Shown one piece after another: positions 25,422-34,685 of a DNA stretch of 43,348 bases. The position numbers were made by a program, and so were the translations under genes. The DNA lies in contig JAIPFG010000002.1 of NCBI GenBank assembly GCA_021736745.1, positions 1 to 43,348 on the forward strand, given 5' to 3'. Under the pieces are notes generated by a model. The model did no database searches. It saw nothing but the letters and a program-made list of their open reading frames with translations, and was not told the origin of the DNA. This DNA comes from Pseudomonadales bacterium (GTDB lineage: Bacteria; Pseudomonadota; Gammaproteobacteria; Pseudomonadales; IMCC2047). How positions within the stretch are numbered: position 1 is the first letter of the stretch; each line of letters opens with the position of its first letter.

Positions 25422-26537
25422 TTAGGCATTAGGTAGTTTTTTCAATAAGGCTTCTGCACTGGCAATTGCCTCACTCTGATGTGGCAGCAGTTGTTGTCCG
25501 CCCAGTCCGGCCATTATTTCCATAAAGGGATCATCAACCCCAGTACTAATACCGCTTAATTCTTCCAATACCGCCAAGCCCATAAAGGGTAAGGTATCGC
25601 CGTTATAGCCTCCCTCATGACACATCAAAATTCGTCCTCCACAAATATCGTCGGCTAACGCCATTAATTTTTTGGTTAATGACCGGTAACCACCGCTGTG
25701 CATTTGCATACGCCCGAGTGGATCGTAGGCTCCCGCATCAAAACCGGAGGGAACGATAATCAGTTGAGGTTGATAGGTTTTCAGTGCCGGAATAACGACC
25801 CGGTCAAATGCCGCTCCATAGGCACCTACCCCTGAACCTGCGGGCAGAGGAATATTGATATTGAACCCTTCCCCTTCGCCCTCACCATTTTCATGGGTAT
25901 AACCGGAATCCGGAGGAAAACAACAGTCCTGGTGCAGAGAGATTGTCAGGGCACGGGGATCATCATAAAAACCACTTTGGGTGCCATTGCCATGGTGAAC
26001 ATCCCAATCGACTGTCGCGATACGATCCAGCCCATAATGGGCCAGTGCGTGCTTACCTGCAATAACGGCGTTGCCGAACAGACAAAAGCCCATGCCTTCA
26101 TGAGCTAACGCATGATGCCCCGGTGGCCGTACTAAGGCATAAGCATTTTTTACCTCTCCAGCCATAATAGCGTCAAGCGCAGCCAATACCCCACCGGCGG
26201 AAAGTCGCGCTATTTCATAGCTGCCGCTGCCCATCGGTGTAAAAACTCCGGCATCGCCGCCACACGTGGCGCTCAGTGTTTTTATTTTTTCCAAATATTC
26301 CGGGGTATGAAAACGCAGTATTTCTTCTTCTGTCGCCTCTCGCGCCGCAATCGGCTGTAATTGTTTCAACAGGCCTGAGACTTCCAGTAAATTACGAAAG
26401 CGACGCTTCGTTTCCGGATTTTCGACATGGGTACCCGGCTGTACCGGATTACCATAGGGCATGACACCGGCGTAATTTCCCGTGTTGTGCCACATATAAA
26501 TCTCGTGCCAAACAAAACCTGTTTTATCACTGTTCAT
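25422..26537 (-). CDS. histone deacetylase-like amidohydrolase (class II HDAC / acetylpolyamine amidohydrolase family)
   Basis: 371 aa. Motifs RPPGHHA, DWDVHHGNGTQ, SGFDA and HEGGY cover the Zn and catalytic residues. Confidence 0.85.
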   Translation of the reverse strand: MNSDKTGFVWHEIYMWHNTGNYAGVMPYGNPVQPGTHVENPETKRRFRNLLEVSGLLKQLQPIAAREATEEEILRFHTPEYLEKIKTLSATCGGDAGVFTPMGSGSYEIARLSAGGVLAALDAIMAGEVKNAYALVRPPGHHALAHEGMGFCLFGNAVIAGKHALAHYGLDRIATVDWDVHHGNGTQSGFYDDPRALTISLHQDCCFPPDSGYTHENGEGEGEGFNINIPLPAGSGVGAYGAAFDRVVIPALKTYQPQLIIVPSGFDAGAYDPLGRMQMHSGGYRSLTKKLMALADDICGGRILMCHEGGYNGDTLPFMGLAVLEELSGISTGVDDPFMEIMAGLGGQQLLPHQSEAIASAEALLKKLPNA

Positions 26538-26595
26538 AAATTTTCTCTTGTCCAGAAAGTCAGTGGGATCTCAGTACAATAAGTCCAATAATTGC

Positions 26596-28341
26596 TTAAT
26601 GCTGCTGAGGGCGCTGAAAAACCATTTTGCCAGTAAAGAACGTCATTTCAACCTGTGTATCACTAATCTTTTCAACCGGGATATCAAACAGGTTTTGATT
26701 TAACACGGTCAAATCTGCCGATTTGCCCAACATCACCGAACCGGTTTGATTCTCCAGTCGTAGGGCTCTTGCTCCACCCATCGTATATATCTCCAATGCT
26801 TGCGCAAGGGTGATCGCCTGCTCCGGCCAGAAGGTGCCAGGGAACTGCCCGCGAGGATCAGCACGAGTCACCATCGCTTCGATACCTACCCAAGGATCCA
26901 TGGTAGGTACTGCCGCCGGCCAATCGGAACCAGCGGCAACCGGTGCGCCGGACGCTAACAGGTCTTTGATAGGCCAGTAATGTTCTCCACGTTCGCCCAC
27001 TGCCCCAAGTACGGAATCAATAATTGGCGACGGATGCCACAGGTAAGGAGAAAGATCTGCAACAGCATTCAGGGCAGCAAACCTTGGTAAATCTGTTTCA
27101 TCTATGTAACCGGCATGAGCCAGTTCATGACGCAGTCCGGAGTCACCATTCCTTATACGGGCCTGTTCGATCGCATCAAGTGTCACACGAACGGAGCGGT
27201 CCCCGGCCGTGTGTATTTTGACCGTAAAGCCAGCCTTATCTAGTTCTGTAATCATCTCTGCCAGTTTCTCGGGATTAAAATGCAATCCACCGCTATGGCT
27301 ATGCCCATCTTTGGTAGGCAAATAATTCGCTAGCATTGCCGCTGTACGGGATGAGGTTGGAACGCCGTCCATAAAAATTTTTACGAAGCGTGTGTCGACT
27401 TGACTGGTATCGTAGTTATCCCTTAGCGTCTCTAACTTGGAAACGTCAAAGGATTCGTCCTGATCAAGCCCATACTTCACATCGATAGCTGCGGCCAGAT
27501 GCAGTGTTATCTGATTGGTATCACTCAAAGCCTTAAATGCAGTCAGTGCACCCTCCTTTGTCCAGGCATCTTTAAATCCGGTAATACCATACTGATTTGC
27601 CGTTTCCATCGCATAAACCGTTGCAGCCTTATACTGCGTTAACGTCCAATCAGGAATGAGTTTTCCTACCAGCTCCTTGGCATGCTCGAGCAGCAAGCCA
27701 TTAGGTTCTCCCGTATGGGGATCGCGTCCGATGACGCCGCCTTCGACGGGTTCGGTATTTTTATTAATACCCGCTAATTGCAACGCTTTACTGTTCACCC
27801 AGCCATCATGCCCCGAATCAGAACTCAACATGACGGCCTTATTTCCAGAAACACTGTCTAACAAAGCTTTGGGAGAGGCAAGGTTATGGTTCACAAAAAG
27901 ATCGCTATCCCACTGACCACCGATTATCCACTCAGCATCTGGGTTTTCCTTAACGCATTTCTCAAGCGTTAAGGCAATTTCATCCGGGCCAGCCGTAAAG
28001 GGGAAAACGCATTCATAAAGCATTTTCAAGCCGCCCATTTCAGGATGCACATGAGCATCGTTGATACCCGGCATGGCCATTTTCCCTTGCAGATCGATCA
28101 CTTGCGTTTGTTTTCCTCGATATTGTTTCACACCATTCATATCGCCGACATACTGATACTTTCCATCCTTGATGGCCACGGCTTCTACCCAAGGCTGGCT
28201 AGCATCAACTGTATAGATTTTCCCATTCACTAATAAGGTATCAGCGGCGTTTTGAGCGGATGCATTGGGCTCTGAACTTTTGTTACAGGCCGAGATAAGC
28301 ATCGTAAAGAGGATGAGGAGACTTATTTTCTTTATCGTCAT
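26596..28341 (-). CDS. metal-dependent amidohydrolase (Amidohydro_3 / YtcJ-like), lipoprotein
   Basis: 581 aa. Lipobox LISAC. HxH metal motif in GINDAHVHP. KIHTAGD and AAGSDWP are present. Confidence 0.8.
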   Translation of the reverse strand: MTIKKISLLILFTMLISACNKSSEPNASAQNAADTLLVNGKIYTVDASQPWVEAVAIKDGKYQYVGDMNGVKQYRGKQTQVIDLQGKMAMPGINDAHVHPEMGGLKMLYECVFPFTAGPDEIALTLEKCVKENPDAEWIIGGQWDSDLFVNHNLASPKALLDSVSGNKAVMLSSDSGHDGWVNSKALQLAGINKNTEPVEGGVIGRDPHTGEPNGLLLEHAKELVGKLIPDWTLTQYKAATVYAMETANQYGITGFKDAWTKEGALTAFKALSDTNQITLHLAAAIDVKYGLDQDESFDVSKLETLRDNYDTSQVDTRFVKIFMDGVPTSSRTAAMLANYLPTKDGHSHSGGLHFNPEKLAEMITELDKAGFTVKIHTAGDRSVRVTLDAIEQARIRNGDSGLRHELAHAGYIDETDLPRFAALNAVADLSPYLWHPSPIIDSVLGAVGERGEHYWPIKDLLASGAPVAAGSDWPAAVPTMDPWVGIEAMVTRADPRGQFPGTFWPEQAITLAQALEIYTMGGARALRLENQTGSVMLGKSADLTVLNQNLFDIPVEKISDTQVEMTFFTGKMVFQRPQQH

Positions 28342-28373
28342 AATTGGTTACTCACAGTCAAACACAGATATTT

Positions 28374-28402
28374 TCGAAAAAGGGCCCGGTAAACACCGGG
28401 CC
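28374..28402 (-). terminator. rho-independent terminator after the TonB-dependent receptor gene
   Basis: On the minus strand, GGCCCGG-TGTTTA-CCGGGCC is followed by CTTTTTCG. It starts 35 nt after the receptor stop. Confidence 0.55.
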
Positions 28403-28436
28403 GAATCTTCATCGACAACGAGGGGACTCGGTTTGC

Positions 28437-30884
28437 CTAGAAGTTGTAGTTTAAAGAGACACCGTAGGTCACCGGCAGACCCATACTGCGAACATAAGGG
28501 CCATTGCCACCCGTATAGGCTGCTGGGTAATAATCCTCATCAGTAATATTGCGACCCCAGAATAGAGCCCGCCACTTGCCGTCAACGTTTTTAATTCCGA
28601 TGCGGGCATTGTATATGCTGTAGTCGTCAGTCGCATCGCTCAGTTCAGCGCCCCCAGAGGTCGTATCGGTAAAATTAAAATCCGCTCCCACTTCCATGAT
28701 CAGCGAATCACTCAGCGGCCATTCATAGCTCACCAATCCGTTGTAAGTCCATTCCGGTGACTGCGCCAATTCCAACCCAGAGGCATCGAAGGTAACAACC
28801 GTAGGCCAGACACTGGCATTGGAGGTCGCATTCCATTTTTCAACGAGTGTATCCAGGTAGGCAACACCGAGATTGATGGTTAAGCCTTCCAACGGCACCC
28901 ATTGCATATCCAGCTCCGCGCCGTTAATTCGCGATTCCGGTACATTGGTTAATCCGCCGATGTTACCCACAAAAGCGACCGCCAAATCCTGTTCTTGCTT
29001 GTCTTCATAGTCATACCAGAAGGCAGCCGCATTCAATTGCATTGCTCCGTCCAATAAAGTGCTTTTCACCCCCACTTCAAAAGCGGTCACTTCTTCCTCT
29101 TGATAAGGTTTAAGTTGCAGCGTCGTATTTGAATTCGCTCCATTAAATCCACCTGACTTAAAGGCATTCGAGTAAGTGGCATAGATCAAAAGGTCTTCAG
29201 TAATCGCGTAATCAACACCCAGCTTGCCCATCCATTTTTCTGTGCTGATACTATCTTTGTAGACATGGAACGCGTCGTTTACATTAGGTCCGCCAATCAA
29301 AGCGAAAATATAGGTTGGCGAATTTGGATCATCGTCAATGGTTCCGCAATCTCCAGGAACGAGAGTCGTGCCGAATTGCGCATTCAAGAATCCCGCTAAA
29401 CTACCGTCCTCAGCAACAAAAGTACAACCGGACCAGTCGCGTTCTTCTTCGGTATAACGTAAGCCAACGGTTAACCGCATTTTCTCGGTAAACTGCCATT
29501 CGACATGTCCGAATACCGCTCGTGATTCCGTTTCCTGCTTATACTTGGTGTCAAGCTCGAGGATCGGCGTTCCTGCAAATAGCCCAACACCCCAAGGAAT
29601 TGAACCTAGGCCAAAGACGGAGTCCGACATGAAATAATGGTAATACTCATCCATCTCATCTTCGGAGTAGTAAAGCCCTGCTATCCATAATAGTTTATCG
29701 GTTTGACCGGAGAGACGCAGTTCCTGTGAAAACACTTGAAGATCCGTGGTATTAATATTGCTCGAATCATTAAAAAAGCCGCCATCCCAATCGTTAGCCT
29801 CTTGCCTTTCAAAATCATCATACCCGGTGATTGAGGTCAGGGTCATGTTGCCAAAATCCCATTCTACCTTGAGCGATAATCCTTTAAGCTCATTATCCCT
29901 CTGCGGCCGGATATCCCAAGTCTTTCCGGTAATCGGGCTGGTATAACTATTGGTCCAATCCGCGGCACGGTTATCCCCGGTGGAATACCAGGGAGGCGTT
30001 TGGCCAAAGTTCGATCCTGTCGGCAGAAAATAATTTTCCAGGGGCGTATAGGGATTATTAAATTCTGTTAACCCTGCTAACGTGCCGTTATAAGCGGTAT
30101 TGGCTTTATTGTCGGACTGGTCTTCCACATAATGTAGATTAAGCAACAAGCTTAAATCATCGGAGAGGTTAACATTAAAGAGCGCGCGAATCGCATTGGT
30201 ATCCTTTTCGCCCAACTCATCCGACCGGGTCTGACTCTCCTGCCAACCTTCACTGGACTGACTGGTTTTGAATGCCACACGCCCCTGTACGGTATCGGTC
30301 AAACTGCCATTGACAAAACCTTCGAGATCAAACTGGTCGAAACGCCCATAACTGGCAGTGACACCCGCGGCGAACTCTTCCGTAGGCTTATTGCTGATAA
30401 AATTAATCTGCCCTGCGGTGGTGTTACGGCCATAGAGATCACCCTGCGGACCTTTTAAGACTTCAATCCGTTCGACATCAAATACCACACCACGGCTCAT
30501 GACGGTATAGGGAATCGCCACCTCATCAAAATAGAGGCCGACGGTTGATGAGGCCGCCGTAGAATAATCCTGGAAGCCGATGCCTCGAATGGTATAGAGC
30601 GGCACACCGGTTGCCGCTGTTTCATTGACTGTCAAACCGGGGGTGAATTGCGCAATATCTTCAGCTGATGACACACCCAGATCTTTAATGACATCTCCCG
30701 AGAAAGCATTAACCGTAATCCCAACATCATTAATACTCTGGGCATGTTTTTGCGCAGTAACCACTATTTCCTCTAATACTTGGGCCGCACCTGCTAGCGG
30801 AGCAAGGCCAAAACCCAGGTAGGCGATTCCCATTGCCGCTAACAGCCTATTTTTTTTGAATTCGCGGTTGATTCTTTTTTTCAT
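28437..30884 (-). CDS. TonB-dependent outer-membrane receptor
   Basis: The signal peptide ends AGAAQ. The plug region is EEIVVTAQK. The beta-barrel ends in terminal ...LNYNF. The track start (30959) is probably an upstream extension. The ATG at 30884 (MKKRINREF...) has a GGAGGGG RBS 5 nt upstream. Confidence 0.9.
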   Translation of the reverse strand: MKKRINREFKKNRLLAAMGIAYLGFGLAPLAGAAQVLEEIVVTAQKHAQSINDVGITVNAFSGDVIKDLGVSSAEDIAQFTPGLTVNETAATGVPLYTIRGIGFQDYSTAASSTVGLYFDEVAIPYTVMSRGVVFDVERIEVLKGPQGDLYGRNTTAGQINFISNKPTEEFAAGVTASYGRFDQFDLEGFVNGSLTDTVQGRVAFKTSQSSEGWQESQTRSDELGEKDTNAIRALFNVNLSDDLSLLLNLHYVEDQSDNKANTAYNGTLAGLTEFNNPYTPLENYFLPTGSNFGQTPPWYSTGDNRAADWTNSYTSPITGKTWDIRPQRDNELKGLSLKVEWDFGNMTLTSITGYDDFERQEANDWDGGFFNDSSNINTTDLQVFSQELRLSGQTDKLLWIAGLYYSEDEMDEYYHYFMSDSVFGLGSIPWGVGLFAGTPILELDTKYKQETESRAVFGHVEWQFTEKMRLTVGLRYTEEERDWSGCTFVAEDGSLAGFLNAQFGTTLVPGDCGTIDDDPNSPTYIFALIGGPNVNDAFHVYKDSISTEKWMGKLGVDYAITEDLLIYATYSNAFKSGGFNGANSNTTLQLKPYQEEEVTAFEVGVKSTLLDGAMQLNAAAFWYDYEDKQEQDLAVAFVGNIGGLTNVPESRINGAELDMQWVPLEGLTINLGVAYLDTLVEKWNATSNASVWPTVVTFDASGLELAQSPEWTYNGLVSYEWPLSDSLIMEVGADFNFTDTTSGGAELSDATDDYSIYNARIGIKNVDGKWRALFWGRNITDEDYYPAAYTGGNGPYVRSMGLPVTYGVSLNYNF

Positions 30885-31106
30885 ACTTCCCCTCCATTTA
30901 TTTGTTAAATAAAGCAGGATAGATACTAATAGACAGGTTCGTATAAGATAACCGCGCAAAGGGGGTGTTTTTCCCCATCCACCCCCTACCCGAAAGTAGG
31001 GGTAATATATTCAGGTTATTTCCTGTTTCAGGTCAGCTTTATTGAACTTTGTTTTTTATTATTCTCTAATAGCCTGCACTCGTTCTGTCATAAAAGGATC
31101 ACTCTC

Positions 31107-31949
31107 ATGCCCATTAAAACCCTAAAAACGCTTCTGAACTCGGCGCTCCTTGTTTCTCTGCTTCCCTTTGTTTTGACCAGCACAACTCTCCAGGCCCATG
31201 AACATCAAGAGCGATTACTGAATCAAATCCTTAACGGAGACCATCGGGACCCTAGTAATAAAGCGCGCGATGCAGCAAGACATCCGTTGCAAACCCTGAT
31301 GTTCTTTGGCGTTGAACCTGACATGACAGTCGTGGAAATCTCTCCTGGCGGCAAAGGATGGTATATGGAGCTGCTCGCCCCCTATTTACGTGAGCAGGGA
31401 AAGTACTATGCAGCAAGTTTTGATCAACATTCGAAAGCTGGCTACGTCATCCGTAACCTGGCCGCTTTTAACAAAAAAATACAGGCCAGGCCCGATATCT
31501 ATGATCGAATTACGGTAACTGAATTTGCTCCACCGAAAAAGGTCGATATCGCACCTGCCGGTTCAGCAGACATGGTGCTCACCTTCCGCAATGTCCACAA
31601 TTGGGTGAGTGACGGCTCAGCCGATGCGGCTTTCGCTGCTTTCTATAACGCTTTAAAACCTGGCGGCGTTTTGGGTCTGGTAGAGCACCGCGCCAGCAAT
31701 GAGCAACCACAGGATCCTAAAGCAAAAAGTGGCTATGTGCGTGAAGATTATGTGATTGCGCTTGCGCAGAAAGCTGGTTTCAAATTTGTCAAACAATCTG
31801 AAATCAATGCCAATCCCAATGACACCAAAGATTACCAAAAAGGAGTTTGGTCGCTACCACCCTCGCTGAGAGCCGGTGATGGCAATAACCAGAAATACCT
31901 GAAAATTGGCGAGAGCGATCGAATGACATTGCTCTTTGAAAAACCTTAA
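31107..31949 (+). CDS. class I SAM-dependent methyltransferase-fold protein with N-terminal signal peptide
   Basis: 280 aa. Signal-like N-terminus MPIKTLKTLLNSALLVSLLPFVLTSTTLQA. Motif I-like VVEISPGGKGWY, then LKPGGVLGLVEH. AAGGA RBS is present. Confidence 0.7.
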   Translation: MPIKTLKTLLNSALLVSLLPFVLTSTTLQAHEHQERLLNQILNGDHRDPSNKARDAARHPLQTLMFFGVEPDMTVVEISPGGKGWYMELLAPYLREQGKYYAASFDQHSKAGYVIRNLAAFNKKIQARPDIYDRITVTEFAPPKKVDIAPAGSADMVLTFRNVHNWVSDGSADAAFAAFYNALKPGGVLGLVEHRASNEQPQDPKAKSGYVREDYVIALAQKAGFKFVKQSEINANPNDTKDYQKGVWSLPPSLRAGDGNNQKYLKIGESDRMTLLFEKP

Positions 31950-31969
31950 AATCAATTACGGCTATTGAT

Positions 31970-32001
31970 GAGGCTGGATCAAAACTCCAATTTCCAGCCT
32001 C
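31970..32001 (+). terminator. 9-bp stem hairpin downstream of the methyltransferase gene (weak terminator candidate)
   Basis: GAGGCTGGA-14 nt-TCCAGCCTC starts 21 nt after the stop. No U-tract follows. Confidence 0.35.
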
Positions 32002-32247
32002 CTCTACTAATCCTCATGTTTGACAAAAGGTTAGTTTCAGCCAATTCATTGGGTGTTTTTCCTGCTACTCTACACAAGCTGACATTGAAGTTAGCATTTA
32101 TAGACAGGCATTAGACAATATCAATAGTTGTAGCCCCCACCCATCGAACTTTTAGTCGGTCTTTGCATCTATAAATGCCTCGGCACTGGACGAATTTTTC
32201 TTATTGGATAAAATCACCACTTTTTTATAAGGCTTACCAATTAACCG

Positions 32248-33210
32248 ATGGATACGAAATTAGCATTTCAGCATTTAAAACAGGGCTTATCACAACAAAT
32301 TATTGGTCAGGAGCACCTGGTTGACCGATTACTGATTGCCTTATTGGCCGATGGGCATCTGCTTGTGGAAGGGGCTCCGGGGTTAGCCAAAACCCGCGCG
32401 ATCAAATGCCTTTCCGAGGGTATTGAAGCGGATTTTCATCGCATCCAATTTACCCCCGATCTGTTACCCTCGGATATTACCGGTACGGAAATCTTCCGCC
32501 CGGAAGATGGTAGCTTTAATTTCCAACAGGGCCCTATTTTCCATAATCTGGTGTTAGCCGATGAAATTAACCGCGCCCCGGCAAAAGTTCAATCCGCCTT
32601 GTTGGAGGCTATGGCGGAGCGTCAGGTTAGCGTAGGACGCATCACATACCCATTGCCTGAACTATTTATGGTAATGGCTACACAAAACCCTATCGAGCAA
32701 GAAGGGACTTACCCATTACCGGAAGCACAGCTTGACCGATTCCTGATGCACGTCACCATCGATTACCCAGATATCGACACAGAGCGTCGCATTTTGAAAT
32801 TAGTCAGAGACGAAGCATTGACCCAAACCACAACTCCCCATACGACCTCTCTAACCCAGGGAAGCGTGTTTGCTGCCCGCAAAGAAGTCTTGGCGATCCA
32901 TATGTCGGAGGCCGTTGAAGAATATATCGTACAACTGGTGATGGCGACACGGCAGGCACAAGCTTATAACGCAGAATTGGCGAACTGGATTGAATATGGC
33001 GCCAGCCCTAGAGCCACGATTTCCCTGGATCGCTGTGCTCGTGCTCATGCTTGGTTGCAGGGCAAGGATTTTGTGACCCCCGACGACGTCCAGGCCATTG
33101 TTCACGATGTGATTAGGCATCGCATCATTCTCAGTTTTGAAGCCGAAGCCAATGGCTATCGAAAAGACAGTATTATTGATGCTTTATTAGATTCAGTGCC
33201 AGCCCCCTAA
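32248..33210 (+). CDS. MoxR-family AAA+ ATPase
   Basis: 320 aa. Walker A GAPGLAKT, Walker B LADEINRAP, then ATQNPIEQEGTYPLPEAQLDRF. Confidence 0.9.
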   Translation: MDTKLAFQHLKQGLSQQIIGQEHLVDRLLIALLADGHLLVEGAPGLAKTRAIKCLSEGIEADFHRIQFTPDLLPSDITGTEIFRPEDGSFNFQQGPIFHNLVLADEINRAPAKVQSALLEAMAERQVSVGRITYPLPELFMVMATQNPIEQEGTYPLPEAQLDRFLMHVTIDYPDIDTERRILKLVRDEALTQTTTPHTTSLTQGSVFAARKEVLAIHMSEAVEEYIVQLVMATRQAQAYNAELANWIEYGASPRATISLDRCARAHAWLQGKDFVTPDDVQAIVHDVIRHRIILSFEAEANGYRKDSIIDALLDSVPAP

Positions 33211-33213
33211 TCC

Positions 33214-34167
33214 ATGACATCTGCTCAAGTACTACAAAACACTTCCGATGAAGCCAGTCAAGTCTACGTAACGCTTGAGAACTTACTGCGATGCCGGTTG
33301 CTGGCGAAAGACCTGAAACTGTCAAAACAACGTAAAGTGTTGAGTCTGCAAGCTGGACTGCATTCCTCAAAGTTTCGAGGTCGGGGTATTGATTTCGCCG
33401 AAGTACGTGCCTACCAAGCCGGTGATGATATTCGTACGATTGACTGGCGGGTGACCGCTCGCACAGGCCGCCCTCATACCAAACTGTATACGGAAGAACG
33501 GGAACGTCCAGCCTTAGTTATTGTGGACCAAAGCCAGTCGATGTTTTTTGGCAGCCATGTCGCCTTCAAGTCAGTCATTGCGGCCCAAGCCGCTTCACTG
33601 CTTGCCTGGTCAGCCTTGGCGCGTGGTGATCGTATCGGCGGGATTGTCTTTAGCGATGATCAACACCGCGATATCAGGCCCCGGCGCAGCCATCACACGG
33701 CCTTACAACTGACCGAGACGTTACTTAACTACAACCATGCACTCAATGTAGAGAATAACCCCACCGTCAGCTTCACTCTGGCAGACGGCCTGCAGCAGGC
33801 GCGACGCATACTGAAGCCCGGTAGCGAATTATTTGTCCTGAGTGATTTTGAGGATTTTGATGAGTCTTCCAAACGCCACCTCTATCAACTATCTCAACAT
33901 AACGATGTTGTTTGTATACTGATTTATGACCGCCTAGAGGAGGAGTTACCTCCGCCAGGCGCTTATGCCATTAGCGATGGTATTCAACGCACGCGAATTA
34001 ACCTTTTTGATGGGCAAGTGAGGGACGCCTATAGCCAAATATTCAAACAAAAAATCCATCAATTACAGACCGGATTGGATCAACTCAAAATTCCCTTAAT
34101 AAAATTGCGTACAGACCGGGACCTATTAGCAAACCTCATGTCTGGCTTGGGAATCCGTCGTTCATGA
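33214..34167 (+). CDS. DUF58 family protein (vWA-like, MoxR partner)
   Basis: 317 aa. Characteristic FRGRGIDFAEVRAYQAGDDIRTIDWRVTAR. It starts 3 nt after the moxR stop. Confidence 0.85.
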   Translation: MTSAQVLQNTSDEASQVYVTLENLLRCRLLAKDLKLSKQRKVLSLQAGLHSSKFRGRGIDFAEVRAYQAGDDIRTIDWRVTARTGRPHTKLYTEERERPALVIVDQSQSMFFGSHVAFKSVIAAQAASLLAWSALARGDRIGGIVFSDDQHRDIRPRRSHHTALQLTETLLNYNHALNVENNPTVSFTLADGLQQARRILKPGSELFVLSDFEDFDESSKRHLYQLSQHNDVVCILIYDRLEEELPPPGAYAISDGIQRTRINLFDGQVRDAYSQIFKQKIHQLQTGLDQLKIPLIKLRTDRDLLANLMSGLGIRRS

Positions 34168-34211
34168 TGCTTGAAAAAATACTATTGATTACTGATTGAC
34201 GCAGATAGATT

Positions 34212-34685
34212 ATGGATCCACTTTTACAACTCAAGGATATTCATCTTCCGGCACCGGTCAGCTTTTGGCCGCCAGCCATTGGCTGGTGGATATTGGCGTT
34301 GATAGCACTATCCAGTTTCATTGCCCTTTGCTACTTTATCTTCCGGCACCATCAAAAAAATCGATACCGTCGCCTTGCTGCCCAGGAACTAAAACGGCTT
34401 TATCAGGATTTTCAAACCTCAAAAAACACTCCGGTATTTACCAATAAAATCAATTTGTTGTTAAAACAAATTTCAGTAATTTGTTACGGCAAAAAAACTG
34501 TTGCGCGTTTAACAGATTCAGACTGGTTAACCTTTTTGGATACCCACGGAAACACACAGGCATTTACCCAGGGCGTCGGCCAAATACTGACTTCTGCTCC
34601 CTATGCAAAACCAACACAACTCGCCACTATCAATGCGGAAGAACTCTATCAATGCTGTATCGAGTGGATAAGGAAGCATAAATGA
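34212..34685 (+). CDS. DUF4381-like single-pass membrane protein
   Basis: 157 aa. LKDIHLPAPVSFWPPAIGWWILALIAL is followed by a basic stretch. This is the typical gene between DUF58 and BatA-like genes. Confidence 0.65.
   Translation: MDPLLQLKDIHLPAPVSFWPPAIGWWILALIALSSFIALCYFIFRHHQKNRYRRLAAQELKRLYQDFQTSKNTPVFTNKINLLLKQISVICYGKKTVARLTDSDWLTFLDTHGNTQAFTQGVGQILTSAPYAKPTQLATINAEELYQCCIEWIRKHK

Noticed and set aside
30885-30959. N-terminal extension of the TonB receptor track ORF (MRGYLIRTCLLVSILLYLTNKWRGS)
   Set aside because: The downstream ATG at 30884 has a strong GGAGGGG RBS. It starts a canonical basic, hydrophobic, AxA signal peptide. The extension would bury that signal peptide.
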